This document shows positions 50,702 through 60,013 of a stretch of 64,000 nucleotides of DNA, in pieces. This DNA is from Candidatus Poribacteria bacterium. Lineage in GTDB: Bacteria > Poribacteria > WGA-4E > WGA-3G. The notes beneath the pieces were generated by a model, which saw nothing but the letters and a program-made list of their open reading frames with translations, was not told the DNA's origin and searched no databases. A program made the translations under genes and the position numbers. Numbering within the stretch: the stretch's first letter is position 1; each line of letters opens with the position of its first letter. The stretch lies in NCBI GenBank assembly GCA_965198235.1, contig OZ240248.1, positions 1,888,001-1,952,000 on the forward strand, in the 5' to 3' direction.

Positions 50702-51336
50702 CACCACGCGGCTTGCTTAAGAAATTCCAGTGCCATTAAAGTATGACCCTCTGCATTTGGGTGGACACCGTCTTGAGTTGTCCAGAGTGCGCCGGGGCGG
50801 GCGGCGACCGCGTTGTCAAAGGCGGTACTGGTTGGAATCAACCGTGCGTCGAACTCTTCCGCGAGTCTATGGATGCTTGCGTTGTAAGCATCTACGTCTA
50901 ATGGGCGCGGCGTATCAACATCTTCTTCGATATAGAAAATTTCAAAGAGGAAAAGTGCCGCGTCTAATTCAGTCTTCGCACGTGTGAGAATCCGTCGATA
51001 ACAATTCTCCCAAATCGGTAGATAGTCCGCTGTTGAAACGCCTTCCGCGTGCTGTCGGCTCGCATTGTTAATGCCGATCTTCACCGAGAGCCACTTCGGT
51101 TTTGCGTCAATGACATCGATGTCCCACCGATTTTCCAAACCCTCAACGATATCCCCACCAATGCCTTTATTGACATAGGTAATATGACGTTCCGGGTATT
51201 TTGCGGTGATGAGTTCGGTTATTTTGCGGACATAACCGTGTCCCAATGGGGCGTGCGCATCTCGTCGCCCACAATCTGTAATGCTATCCCCGATAAAAAG
51301 TACTTTATCTCCAGATTCAAACAATAAATTATTCAC
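50701..51336 (-). CDS. SGNH/GDSL hydrolase
   Basis: FIGDSITD, N.GIGG, IGINN, DGVHPN..GH. Confidence 0.92.
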   Translation of the reverse strand: MNNLLFESGDKVLFIGDSITDCGRRDAHAPLGHGYVRKITELITAKYPERHITYVNKGIGGDIVEGLENRWDIDVIDAKPKWLSVKIGINNASRQHAEGVSTADYLPIWENCYRRILTRAKTELDAALFLFEIFYIEEDVDTPRPLDVDAYNASIHRLAEEFDARLIPTSTAFDNAVAARPGALWTTQDGVHPNAEGHTLMALEFLKQAAW

Positions 51337-51365
51337 AAAGGTCTCCTAAATATGATATACTAAAT

Positions 51366-51482
51366 TAGTTATCGGCTATCGGCTTGCTTCGCAGTGAGAA
51401 TTATCAGTTAAGTTTCCTTGAAGTATTACTGACGACTGACTGCTGACCGCTGATGGCTATTAAGATTGCTGATTACTGACTA
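51366..51482. repeat. Heptamer-based repeat (TTATCAG / CTGACCG type)
   Basis: ACTGACGACTGACTGCTGACCGCTGATGGCTAT; related tracts at 27561-27597 and inside recG. Confidence 0.65.
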
Positions 51483-51559
51483 CTATTCTATGGAAATTAT
51501 ATTGAGTAAAAATTATATTGAGTAACTTTAATCTATCACATTTTGAGTTATATGCCAAC

Positions 51560-52189
51560 ATGAAAGACATCGGTGTTCTACACGTCATCACGGATACGAT
51601 GCTACAATCTCGATTTACGCACGCCGAATTAGCGCAACTGGCAATCGAGGGCGGCGCAGATACGGTGCAATTCCGGCAGAAACACGGAACGACGCGCGAA
51701 TTAATCGCAACGGCACAGTCCATGCAAGCGGTATGCGCAAAACACAATGTGCCACTGATTGTAAACGATAGAGCCGATATCGCGCTGGCTGTCGGGGCGA
51801 CAGGCGCGCACTTTGGACAAGACGATATGCCTGTTTCTATCGGAAGGCAGATTCTATCCGCAGAAGCGATCCTTGGCGCATCTGCTCGAACCGAAGAGAA
51901 AATACTCGCGGCGATTTCAGAAGGTGCTGACTATATTGGATTTGGACCGATCTATGGAACCTCTTCAAAGCCGGACGCGGAAACGGCTAAGGGATTAGAG
52001 AGGCTCCGCCGGATGTGCGACATCGCGGCGTGTCCGGTTATCGCGATTGGCGGTATTGGTATTCAGACTGCAGGTGAAGTTATTCAAGCGGGAGCGCACG
52101 GCATCGCGGTCATCTCTGCTGTTTGCGCCCACCCTGAGCCACAGGTCGCAACACAGGCATTGCTGAACGAAATTCAGGAGGCGAAGTAG
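51560..52189 (+). CDS. thiE: Thiamine-phosphate synthase
   Basis: VQFRQK, LIVNDRADIA, H.GQDD, ADYIGFGPIY.T.SK, AIGGI, GIAVISA. Confidence 0.95.
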   Translation: MKDIGVLHVITDTMLQSRFTHAELAQLAIEGGADTVQFRQKHGTTRELIATAQSMQAVCAKHNVPLIVNDRADIALAVGATGAHFGQDDMPVSIGRQILSAEAILGASARTEEKILAAISEGADYIGFGPIYGTSSKPDAETAKGLERLRRMCDIAACPVIAIGGIGIQTAGEVIQAGAHGIAVISAVCAHPEPQVATQALLNEIQEAK

Positions 52190-52196
52190 TTATAAT

Positions 52197-53657
52197 ATGG
52201 ATGACAGAGCCGTAGTCGAACGCCTCTCTAAACTGTTCAGAGAAATTGATGAGACTTATAATCCTGACCTTGATAAGATCGACGAGGTGTTCGTTCAGAA
52301 ATTGTGGCATGAGCAACGCTTTTTCGATACCAATATGGAGTCGATTGATAGGCGGGCAATTCGCGTGCTAAAGCCTGGGGTCTGGAATCATAACGAAGGT
52401 CCCGACTTTATGCACGCCGAGGTTGAAATTGATGGAAAACTACACGTCGGCGATGTCGAGATTCATGTCCAATCTTCGGAGTGGTATGCCCACAAACATC
52501 ACCTCAATTCCAGATATAACCGCGTTATTTTACATGCGGTGTTCTTTAACGACGACTTCAATCTGCGAACGCGGCTCCAGAACAATAGGCGCGTTCCGAC
52601 CCTGGAACTACTGAAATGGGTTGCCGTAGATACCGGTGATCTCCATGATGATACGCAAGACGCAGCAACAGCGGATGGGCTTTGTCGAGTAACGGGAAAG
52701 CAGCTGAACATAGAGGTACTGAAAGGTGTTTTTGAATCCTTAGGACGGGAACGGTTTTTGGAAAAGACGGAGTCGATGCGTTTGTTAAGAACGCGTCTTG
52801 ATTTCGAGCAACTTCTCTACGAAAGTATCATGGAAGCGTTGGGATACCAACGCAACAGCAAAGCGTTGAGAGAATTAGCACAGCATGTCCCGTTCACTGA
52901 TCTTGACCAGAAATCTGAACTGGAGATTCAAGCGATCCTTTTTGGAGTCGCCGGACTCTTACCCTCACAAAAGGAGAAACCACTGCCGCCGGAAGTAACA
53001 GATGATCCGAGCGTTGTAGCGTTAGAGGAATTGTGGCGTGGGTCAGAATATGCTGAACTTCCCCCACGTATGACGGAAGCACGCTGGAGTTTCACTGGGA
53101 GACCTCTGAACCATCCTACCCGACGTATTGCCGCGATAAGCCAGTTAATCCATCGCTCCCACGGAAGTCTGATGATGTATTTTCTGCCGACATGTGAAAA
53201 GGCGGCATCGGCAGACACACCAAAGTTGTTACGAACTATTGAAAGAGAACTTCGCTCGCTACTGATGATTAAACCCGTAGGCTACTGGGAAAAGCACTCT
53301 AACTTCGGGACAGGCGGCGCTCGGAATGCAGTATTGGTTGGAAAGGATCGGGCTATAGACATCATCGTCAATAAAATTCTGCCGGTCGCCTATATTTGGG
53401 CAATCGAAGCGGATAGTCAGAAGTTGCAGGAGGGAATCCTAAAACTTTACAGTGTCGTTTCCAAGTCAATAGGGAACCAGATTGTCCGTAAAATTGATGA
53501 ACAAATTTTCACAGAGGCGCAGCAGATGCGTCTTCTGAAGCCGACAGCTAAAATTGAACAGGGAATCATCCGTCTCCATAAAAATTATTGTGCTGACTGG
53601 CTCTGTGACCTATGCCCTATTTTAGAGCATGGCGCGGTTTCCTTGGAGGAAAGTTAG
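52197..53657 (+). CDS. DUF2851 family protein
   Basis: PG.WN...GPDF..A, GDVEIH..SS.W..H.H....Y..VILH, N.P.RR.A, C..C.I tail. Confidence 0.8.
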   Translation: MDDRAVVERLSKLFREIDETYNPDLDKIDEVFVQKLWHEQRFFDTNMESIDRRAIRVLKPGVWNHNEGPDFMHAEVEIDGKLHVGDVEIHVQSSEWYAHKHHLNSRYNRVILHAVFFNDDFNLRTRLQNNRRVPTLELLKWVAVDTGDLHDDTQDAATADGLCRVTGKQLNIEVLKGVFESLGRERFLEKTESMRLLRTRLDFEQLLYESIMEALGYQRNSKALRELAQHVPFTDLDQKSELEIQAILFGVAGLLPSQKEKPLPPEVTDDPSVVALEELWRGSEYAELPPRMTEARWSFTGRPLNHPTRRIAAISQLIHRSHGSLMMYFLPTCEKAASADTPKLLRTIERELRSLLMIKPVGYWEKHSNFGTGGARNAVLVGKDRAIDIIVNKILPVAYIWAIEADSQKLQEGILKLYSVVSKSIGNQIVRKIDEQIFTEAQQMRLLKPTAKIEQGIIRLHKNYCADWLCDLCPILEHGAVSLEES

Positions 53658-53658
53658 T

Positions 53659-54456
53659 ATGGGTTCGCACGTTACACCCTTAACGGATGAATCCTATTGG
53701 ACGACGCTTTGGGACGGTCAACGGCATAAGATTCGTCACCTACGGTGGGTTTATGTAGCGAACCGTCAGCTCGCTAAGTTGTTCGACCGAGCACTTTCAA
53801 GTTTTAAGCAACCGACGCTAATTGAGTTGGGATGCGCCGATTCTTTGTGGCTCCCTTACCTCGCTCAGAATTATGAAAGTGACTGCTATGGTGTTGATTT
53901 TTCGGAGTTAGGATGTCAACTTGCACGACGGAACCTTGCGCTTGCAGGTGTGGAGGGAACAATTCTCTGTGAAGATCTGTTCGCGTTTACGAAAAAATCT
54001 CACTCTACGTTTGACTTCGTTTACTCAATGGGATTGATTGAACATTTTAGTACACCGCAAGCAGTCTTAGAAGATATGTACAGCCTACTCAGACCGGGTG
54101 GAACAATGCTCACGGTAACGCCGAACCTGCGTGGTATGTATACACCGATAGCCCGCGTCGCGAGTCCGAAACTTCTTGCGACACACAAGGTAATTCCGCC
54201 AGCTGACCTCGCTTCGGCATTGCGAGACGCTGGATTTCAGGTCACGGAATTTGGATATACAGGCGGTCCCTTGAAATTGAGCGTTGTTGATTACTCGCCG
54301 TGGCGGGCAGTCATCGGTAGATGGGGGCATGAAGTACTTTGTAAGTGTGTCAATCTGACAGATATTATTCTTGGCAATCTATTAGTAGGGTTTCGTGTAC
54401 CGAACCAGCAGTTGACATCGCCTTATGTCTACGCACTTTGCACAAAACCAAAGTGA
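53659..54456 (+). CDS. Class I SAM-dependent methyltransferase
   Basis: IELGCA, GVDFS, FDFVYS.GLIEHF, LLRPGG. Confidence 0.88.
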   Translation: MGSHVTPLTDESYWTTLWDGQRHKIRHLRWVYVANRQLAKLFDRALSSFKQPTLIELGCADSLWLPYLAQNYESDCYGVDFSELGCQLARRNLALAGVEGTILCEDLFAFTKKSHSTFDFVYSMGLIEHFSTPQAVLEDMYSLLRPGGTMLTVTPNLRGMYTPIARVASPKLLATHKVIPPADLASALRDAGFQVTEFGYTGGPLKLSVVDYSPWRAVIGRWGHEVLCKCVNLTDIILGNLLVGFRVPNQQLTSPYVYALCTKPK

Positions 54457-54617
54457 GAGTGACGCAAGCGCAATTCTTTATTTTTCATATTACCGAAACG
54501 GTGATAGGACTGTCAACATTCTGAATTTAGTCAATGTTACAAGTTCGTTTGGTTCATTGTCTGTGGAGTGGCCAAAACGCTCGCTTCCACAATCTAACCT
54601 AAATAGGAGGATGTCTC

Positions 54618-55337
54618 ATGAAAACATTGTGTCTTTTGACGATCACGTTGCTTTGTGTCTCTGTGGCTATGGCAGAGGAGACCTTCTTTTCTGCATTGGA
54701 GAGCAAAGCGGAAGTTGAAAAAGAGGGCGGCACCGTTGATGGCGGAAGCTTCAAGCCCGGTAAATTTGGCAACGGTTTCGTTAGCGAAGCGGTTGGCGAT
54801 GTTATCCATTTCCCTGTGGATGATCGGTTCGTCAACCTCGACGAAGGTACCGTTGAGTTGTGGGTAACGATGGGTATGGATACCAGCTCCATCACGGGTG
54901 AACTTTTCACGTTCATGACTTACAAACGTGGCACCGACGCAGTATTTCTGCAGTTTAACACTGGCGGGATCGCACAGATGCGGATTAAAAGCGCGGGTTC
55001 ATGGCATAACGCCAACAGTGCTGCACTCAAGTGGCAAGAGGGAGAGCACCACCACATGGCAGGAACATGGGGACCTAACGGCTTGAAACTCTACTTAGAT
55101 GGCAAACTTGAGGGGGAAGCTCCCTTCAAAAAGGGACCTACCGTCTTCTCTGAAACCTTCGAGATTAACAACGCCTCTCCGCCCGATCCCAAATTCCCGA
55201 CGAATAGTGTCGTTGATGGGTTGCGACTCTCCGATCATCAGAAGGAACTCGATGAGTTTGTAATGGATGATCCGGCGTCTGTCGAGCCGATCGAAAAACT
55301 CACAACGACGTGGGCACGGATTAAGCGCGTCAGGTAA
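54618..55337 (+). CDS. Secreted LamG/concanavalin-like domain protein
   Basis: Signal peptide, GTVELW, HH.AGTW, LYLDG, C-terminal KLTTTWARIK. Confidence 0.8.
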   Translation: MKTLCLLTITLLCVSVAMAEETFFSALESKAEVEKEGGTVDGGSFKPGKFGNGFVSEAVGDVIHFPVDDRFVNLDEGTVELWVTMGMDTSSITGELFTFMTYKRGTDAVFLQFNTGGIAQMRIKSAGSWHNANSAALKWQEGEHHHMAGTWGPNGLKLYLDGKLEGEAPFKKGPTVFSETFEINNASPPDPKFPTNSVVDGLRLSDHQKELDEFVMDDPASVEPIEKLTTTWARIKRVR

Positions 55338-55574
55338 CAATTTTTAATGATTCCTTGCGGTTAAATGGCGGGCGTTGAGTATTGATGTGCCTTTTTTAGG
55401 AGTCGCCCTCCATTTCATTACGGGCTTGGTTTTTGATTTTTTAATTAAGATGGACGCAATTCCCTTTTTAATGATACTTTGCGGTTAAATGGTGCGCGTT
55501 GAGTCCCGAACCGCAAGAGACCTAGCTTCGGGCGTTTCATAGCATCAAAACCTTACACAAGGGGGCTTATAAGC

Positions 55575-56642
55575 ATGTACAAAATGGAGAGTCCGCTTTT
55601 CACGGCGGGGACAGAGGGATACCATACGTTCCGGATTCCCGCGCTTGTCCGGTCGAATGAGGAAACGCTATTGGCGTTCTGTGAGGGTAGGCGTACAGGT
55701 GGCGGGGATTCAGGGAACATCGATATTGTCCTGAAACGGAGTTTCGACAACGGCGAGAGTTGGCAACCGATGCAAATCGCTGTTTCCACGGGAACCGATA
55801 CGGATGGCAACCCCGCACCAGTGGTTGATCGGGACACGGGGACAATCTGGCTACTTTTCTGCAAGAATCTCGCTGACGGTGCCGAAGGAAAGATTGTTGC
55901 CGGAGAAGCACCGCGCACCGTTTGGGTGACCTCCAGTAACGACGATGGGGAAACCTGGTCGGAACCGAGAGAGGTCACAGCCACGACGAAAGGCGAGGAG
56001 TGGACGTGGTATGCAACCGGTCCCTGCCACGGGATTCAATTGGCAAATGGCAGATTCGTCATTCCGTGTGACCATGTGCTTGGAAACAACCGGGACTACG
56101 CCCAATATGGCTACTCACACCTGATTATCAGCGACGATCATGGTGAAACGTGGCGGATAGCTGGCAAAGCGCAACCGGGGACCAATGAATCGGTTGTCGT
56201 TGAAACGGTGGGCGGTGGACTCTATTTTAACTGTCGGAACTACGTCGCGCCGAAGCGGCGTGCCTATGCAAGAAGCAGTGACAGCGGCGATACATTCACA
56301 GAATTCGGTTATGAAGAGGACCTTATTGAACCCATCTGTCAGGCGAGTATGGTGCGCTATACGGATGCGAATCAACATGACAAGAACCGCGTCTTGTTCT
56401 CTAATCCCGCCAGCACGAGTCGTGAACGGATGACGATTCGCATCAGTTACGATGAGTGTCAAAGTTGGAGTAGCGGCAAAGTCTTGCACGCGGGTCCCGC
56501 GGCGTATTCTGATCTCTGTATCGCCTCGGACATGCGTATATGCTGTCTCTATGAGCGTGGTGAGAACGGTGCTTACGAGACGTTGTCGTTCGCAAAGTTC
56601 GATCTGGCGTGGCTGACAGATGGAGAGGATACGTTGGCGTGA
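55575..56642 (+). CDS. Sialidase (GH33)
   Basis: FRIP motif, Asp-boxes S.D.GETW, AAYS, LYE.G. Confidence 0.92.
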   Translation: MYKMESPLFTAGTEGYHTFRIPALVRSNEETLLAFCEGRRTGGGDSGNIDIVLKRSFDNGESWQPMQIAVSTGTDTDGNPAPVVDRDTGTIWLLFCKNLADGAEGKIVAGEAPRTVWVTSSNDDGETWSEPREVTATTKGEEWTWYATGPCHGIQLANGRFVIPCDHVLGNNRDYAQYGYSHLIISDDHGETWRIAGKAQPGTNESVVVETVGGGLYFNCRNYVAPKRRAYARSSDSGDTFTEFGYEEDLIEPICQASMVRYTDANQHDKNRVLFSNPASTSRERMTIRISYDECQSWSSGKVLHAGPAAYSDLCIASDMRICCLYERGENGAYETLSFAKFDLAWLTDGEDTLA

Positions 56643-56744
56643 TGCTCTTTTTCTGTTGTAGTGCGGGGTCTTGTGCCCCGCCAAACGCTCCGCTTTACAA
56701 GGTTCTCACTATCCGTAAACTTGATTTGAAAGCAACAGCATTTC

Positions 56745-57479
56745 ATGCTAAAATATGTAACGATAAAGCCGAGAGTTTATATTGAGCCAACGGTTATTAG
56801 CCACTTAGTAGCACGTCCAAGTGATGATGCAATCTTGGCTTCCTGGCAAAGAGCAAGTCGGAGGCTATGGGAGAATTATGCAGATAGGTTTGAGTTCGTT
56901 ATTTCACGCGTAGTTCGCGCCGAAATACGACAGGGTGATGCAACCGCAGCACAGCAGCGACTTGCAGTGGTATCCGCGCTAACCGTATTAGAAAGTTTAC
57001 CTGAGGTGGATACGCTTGTGCAAAAACTGCTTAATTCTGGTGCAGTGCCGCGGAATTCTCCGCTTGATGCATAGCATATCGCTATTGCAACGGTACATGG
57101 TATTGAATATTTGGTATCATGGAACCATAAACATATTGTAAATGAAAACAAGCGTGAGCATATTAATCGAGTCTGCCAAGCGGCAGGATTTCAACCCATA
57201 ACCCTCTGCACACCGATAGAACTGATGGAGGACATTCAGATGAAAGAAAAAGAAACCTCAGAAAAGCAGGTAGAATTTGACCCTGAAACGTACACAAATC
57301 CTATCCTCGAAGAATGTTATCGAATTAAAGCAGAGATTAGTGCTCAATTCAAAACCCTGGAGGAATTCTTTGCGTATGTGAAAGCCGGAGAGGAAGAGGA
57401 TAAACGGAACGGCATAAAATATGTCTCGTACTTTGATCCGTCCAAACACACACCGCCAGAAAAATCTGAAGACGACTAA
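56745..57479 (+). pseudogene. PIN-domain toxin with nonsense codon, fused to a putative antitoxin tail (paralog of 32563-33255)
   Basis: KPRVYIEPTVIS...DA*HIAIATVHGIEYLVSWNHKHI (TAG at 57072-57074); tail from MKEK (57240) preceded by GGAGGA. Confidence 0.8.
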
Positions 57480-57567
57480 CCACGAGCGGGAACTCTGGTT
57501 CCCGCTGTTTTTGTGACGAATTATTGTAATGTGCCAGAAGCTTCCGAAAATAGGTTAGGATATTCTA

Positions 57568-59127
57568 TTGAAAAATAAAAACAAATTGTCCTATAAGCGA
57601 TCGCTTCGTTCTGTACAATATCTGACTGCTGTGACAGTCCTACTGCTTTGTCTAACCACTGCAGCGCCTGCCCAGACTGGCGAACAGATCGCCGAAAAAG
57701 CATTAGCCGCTACTGTGTACTTAGAGATGCAGGGTAGCAATGGAAGGACACTCGGATTTGGCAGCGGATTCTTTGTGAGAGAAAATCTGATTGCCACCAA
57801 CTATCATGTCATTGAAGGAGCTACACGAGGCACAGCAAAGTTAGTTGGTAAGTACACGACATACGCGATTGAAGGCATCACAGCAACTGATGAAACAAAC
57901 GACCTTGCACTTCTAAAGGTCAACGCCTATGGAGTTAAACCCCTTCCGCTCGGTGATAGTGACAATGTTAGAATCGGCGCGACAGTGTACGTCGCAGGCA
58001 ATCCGAAAGGATTAGAAGGCACATTCTCAGATGGCATCATCAGTAGTCGTCGCGACAGATACACAAAAGAACGCCTCCAGATGACTGCACCTATCTCTCC
58101 AGGAAGCAGTGGGGGTCCCGTGCTAAACAGAATAGGAGAAGTTATCGGGGTATCAGTAGCGAGTTACCATAATCTGGCTTCCCAAAATCTAAATTTCGCC
58201 ATTCCATCAAACTGCCTCAAAGCACTACTCACCCACTCTGTCACAAACAACCCTTTGTGGCAAGGCAGTCAATCAATATCTGCTGAAACCTACTTCAAGT
58301 GGGGAAATACGAAGTATAATATTGGGCTATATCAGGAAGCTATCTTGGATTATGACAAGGCTATCAATTTAAAGCCTGGCTATGCTGAAACATACAACAA
58401 TCGAGGATTTGCAAAGAATAACTTAGGACAACATTTTCCTGCTATCTTTGACTTTGACATAGCTATCCAACTCAAACCTGATTTTGCTGATGCATATAAC
58501 AATCGGGGAAATGCAAAGGCAAATTTGAATCAACACTTCGCTGCTATCTCTGACTATGATACTGTCATTCGTCTCAGACCGGACTACGCCGGAGGTTACT
58601 ACAACCGCGGAATTGAGAAGTACTATCTAGGACAGTATAAAGAAGCTATAACAGATTACGATACGGCTATCCATCTAAAACCGGATTTAGTAGAAACCTA
58701 TGTCAATAGGGGAATTGCGAAGGATAGACTAAGGCAACACTTTGCTGCTATCTCTGACTATGACGTGGCCATCCGATTAAAACCGAATTATCCAGATGCC
58801 TACCATGCTCGAGGAAATGCAAAGATAAAGTTGGAGCAATACGATGCGGCCGTAACAGACTATAACCAAGCTATCCACCTAAAATCAGATTATGCCGAGG
58901 CCTACAATGGTAGGGGAATTGCAAAGGCTTTAGCTGACTTTGACATAGTACTCCAACTCAACCCCAATTTAGCCGAGCCTTACTATAATAGGGGACTTGC
59001 CCAGGCTTCGCAGGAGCACATTGGGGAGGCGAAGAAAGATTTCCAGACAGCATTAAGGCTAGCGGAAGAAGGCGGCGATGAGAGGTTAAGATTACTAATT
59101 GAAAGGGCACTTCGTATATTAGGATAA
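57568..59127 (+). CDS. Trypsin-like serine protease + TPR repeats
   Basis: GSGFF, TNYHV, DLALL, ISPGSSGGPV, then about 8 TPRs. Confidence 0.9.
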   Translation: MKNKNKLSYKRSLRSVQYLTAVTVLLLCLTTAAPAQTGEQIAEKALAATVYLEMQGSNGRTLGFGSGFFVRENLIATNYHVIEGATRGTAKLVGKYTTYAIEGITATDETNDLALLKVNAYGVKPLPLGDSDNVRIGATVYVAGNPKGLEGTFSDGIISSRRDRYTKERLQMTAPISPGSSGGPVLNRIGEVIGVSVASYHNLASQNLNFAIPSNCLKALLTHSVTNNPLWQGSQSISAETYFKWGNTKYNIGLYQEAILDYDKAINLKPGYAETYNNRGFAKNNLGQHFPAIFDFDIAIQLKPDFADAYNNRGNAKANLNQHFAAISDYDTVIRLRPDYAGGYYNRGIEKYYLGQYKEAITDYDTAIHLKPDLVETYVNRGIAKDRLRQHFAAISDYDVAIRLKPNYPDAYHARGNAKIKLEQYDAAVTDYNQAIHLKSDYAEAYNGRGIAKALADFDIVLQLNPNLAEPYYNRGLAQASQEHIGEAKKDFQTALRLAEEGGDERLRLLIERALRILG

Positions 59128-59281
59128 CGCAAGTTGCCACCTATTTATAGACATAGCACCCCTACGGGGTGCAGTCGCTTTAATACACCGTTTTCTATAG
59201 ACATATCACCCCTATGGGGTGGGAAAGTGCATGAAAAACCTTGTTGAAACGTCCAAGATTTGTTAGTAGCAACTTGGGTTA
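59125..59281. mobile_element. Non-autonomous copy of the tnpA-flanking REP doublet element
   Basis: Reverse complement of 10573-10728; its first TAA is the stop codon of the protease gene. Confidence 0.8.
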
Positions 59282-59372
59282 GGATAGCAAATTGGAGGCG
59301 TGAGAAAACTAAATGTTCCCGATAGGCGCAAAGGTACGAGGACTCATCCTTATGAGTAAGGATATGAGAATC

Positions 59373-59465
59373 CTACCGCAAATATTCCTCTCCCCGATGC
59401 TCTGCAATCCATGTCTTCAGCGGAACATCTGCATCTGTGGGTTGCCACCAGCCCTTGAAATCCAC
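59373..59465 (-). pseudogene. Orphan duplicate of the last 30 codons and stop of the PhyH gene at 60014-60871
   Basis: Encodes VDFKGWWQPTDADVPLKTWIAEHRGEEYLR* versus VDIKGWW...YLR*. Confidence 0.92.
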
Positions 59466-59467
59466 GA

Positions 59468-59884
59468 CTAGGAAAAGAAAAACGACTTGATGAGTGCCAA
59501 AATCGCTATAACAGTAGAGACAATAATACCGCCGATTTTCCACCGTTCATTGGTATCCGTCTTACGCTCACTGATGTTGGGGACAACGCTGTCAATTTTG
59601 GATTCCACCCGTTGTGAATCTGTTGTTAACTTGGACTCCATCCCTTGCAAATCTGCTGTTAGTTTGGACTCCACGCGGTCCAAACCTCCATCAATTTTGG
59701 ATTCTAACCGTTGCAAATCTCCAGCTAACTTTATATCTGCAGTTTCCGACCGGCGACGATCGTCAGCTTGTTGTAATTTCACATCGGTTATATCTCTCTG
59801 TAGACCGCCTACATTCTTTCGTAGGTCTTTTACGTCCTCTGCAAGTTCAGATAACTTTTGTAGAATCAATTCATCTCTATCCAT
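59468..59884 (-). CDS. Small coiled-coil protein with 11-aa repeats and C-terminal membrane anchor
   Basis: KLAGDLQRLES/KIDGGLDRVES/KLTADLQGMES/KLTTDSQRVES; hydrophobic C-terminus; GGAG RBS. Confidence 0.7.
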   Translation of the reverse strand: MDRDELILQKLSELAEDVKDLRKNVGGLQRDITDVKLQQADDRRRSETADIKLAGDLQRLESKIDGGLDRVESKLTADLQGMESKLTTDSQRVESKIDSVVPNISERKTDTNERWKIGGIIVSTVIAILALIKSFFFS

Positions 59885-60013
59885 TTTGGTGTTCTCCCAT
59901 TTTTACCATCACGAATCTCGTTTAAACATTTCTTCTAATTATCCGATATTCAACACCAAAATTCAAGAAAAAACGCCAAACGAGAAACAAACATGGTGAG
60001 ATGTACAAAGTTT

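Noticed and set aside
51340-51559. TPP riboswitch upstream of thiE
   Set aside because: No recognisable CTGAGA...CCTGA core; the region is heptamer repeats and AT-rich promoter-like DNA.
32620-57074. Stop-codon reassignment explaining in-frame stops in the PIN genes
   Set aside because: The two stops differ (TAA and TAG), and both codons terminate conserved genes here (for example prfA TAA, recG TAG).
59487-59999. 170-aa plus-strand ORF
   Set aside because: Antisense shadow of the repetitive coiled-coil gene, which has the RBS and a plausible architecture.
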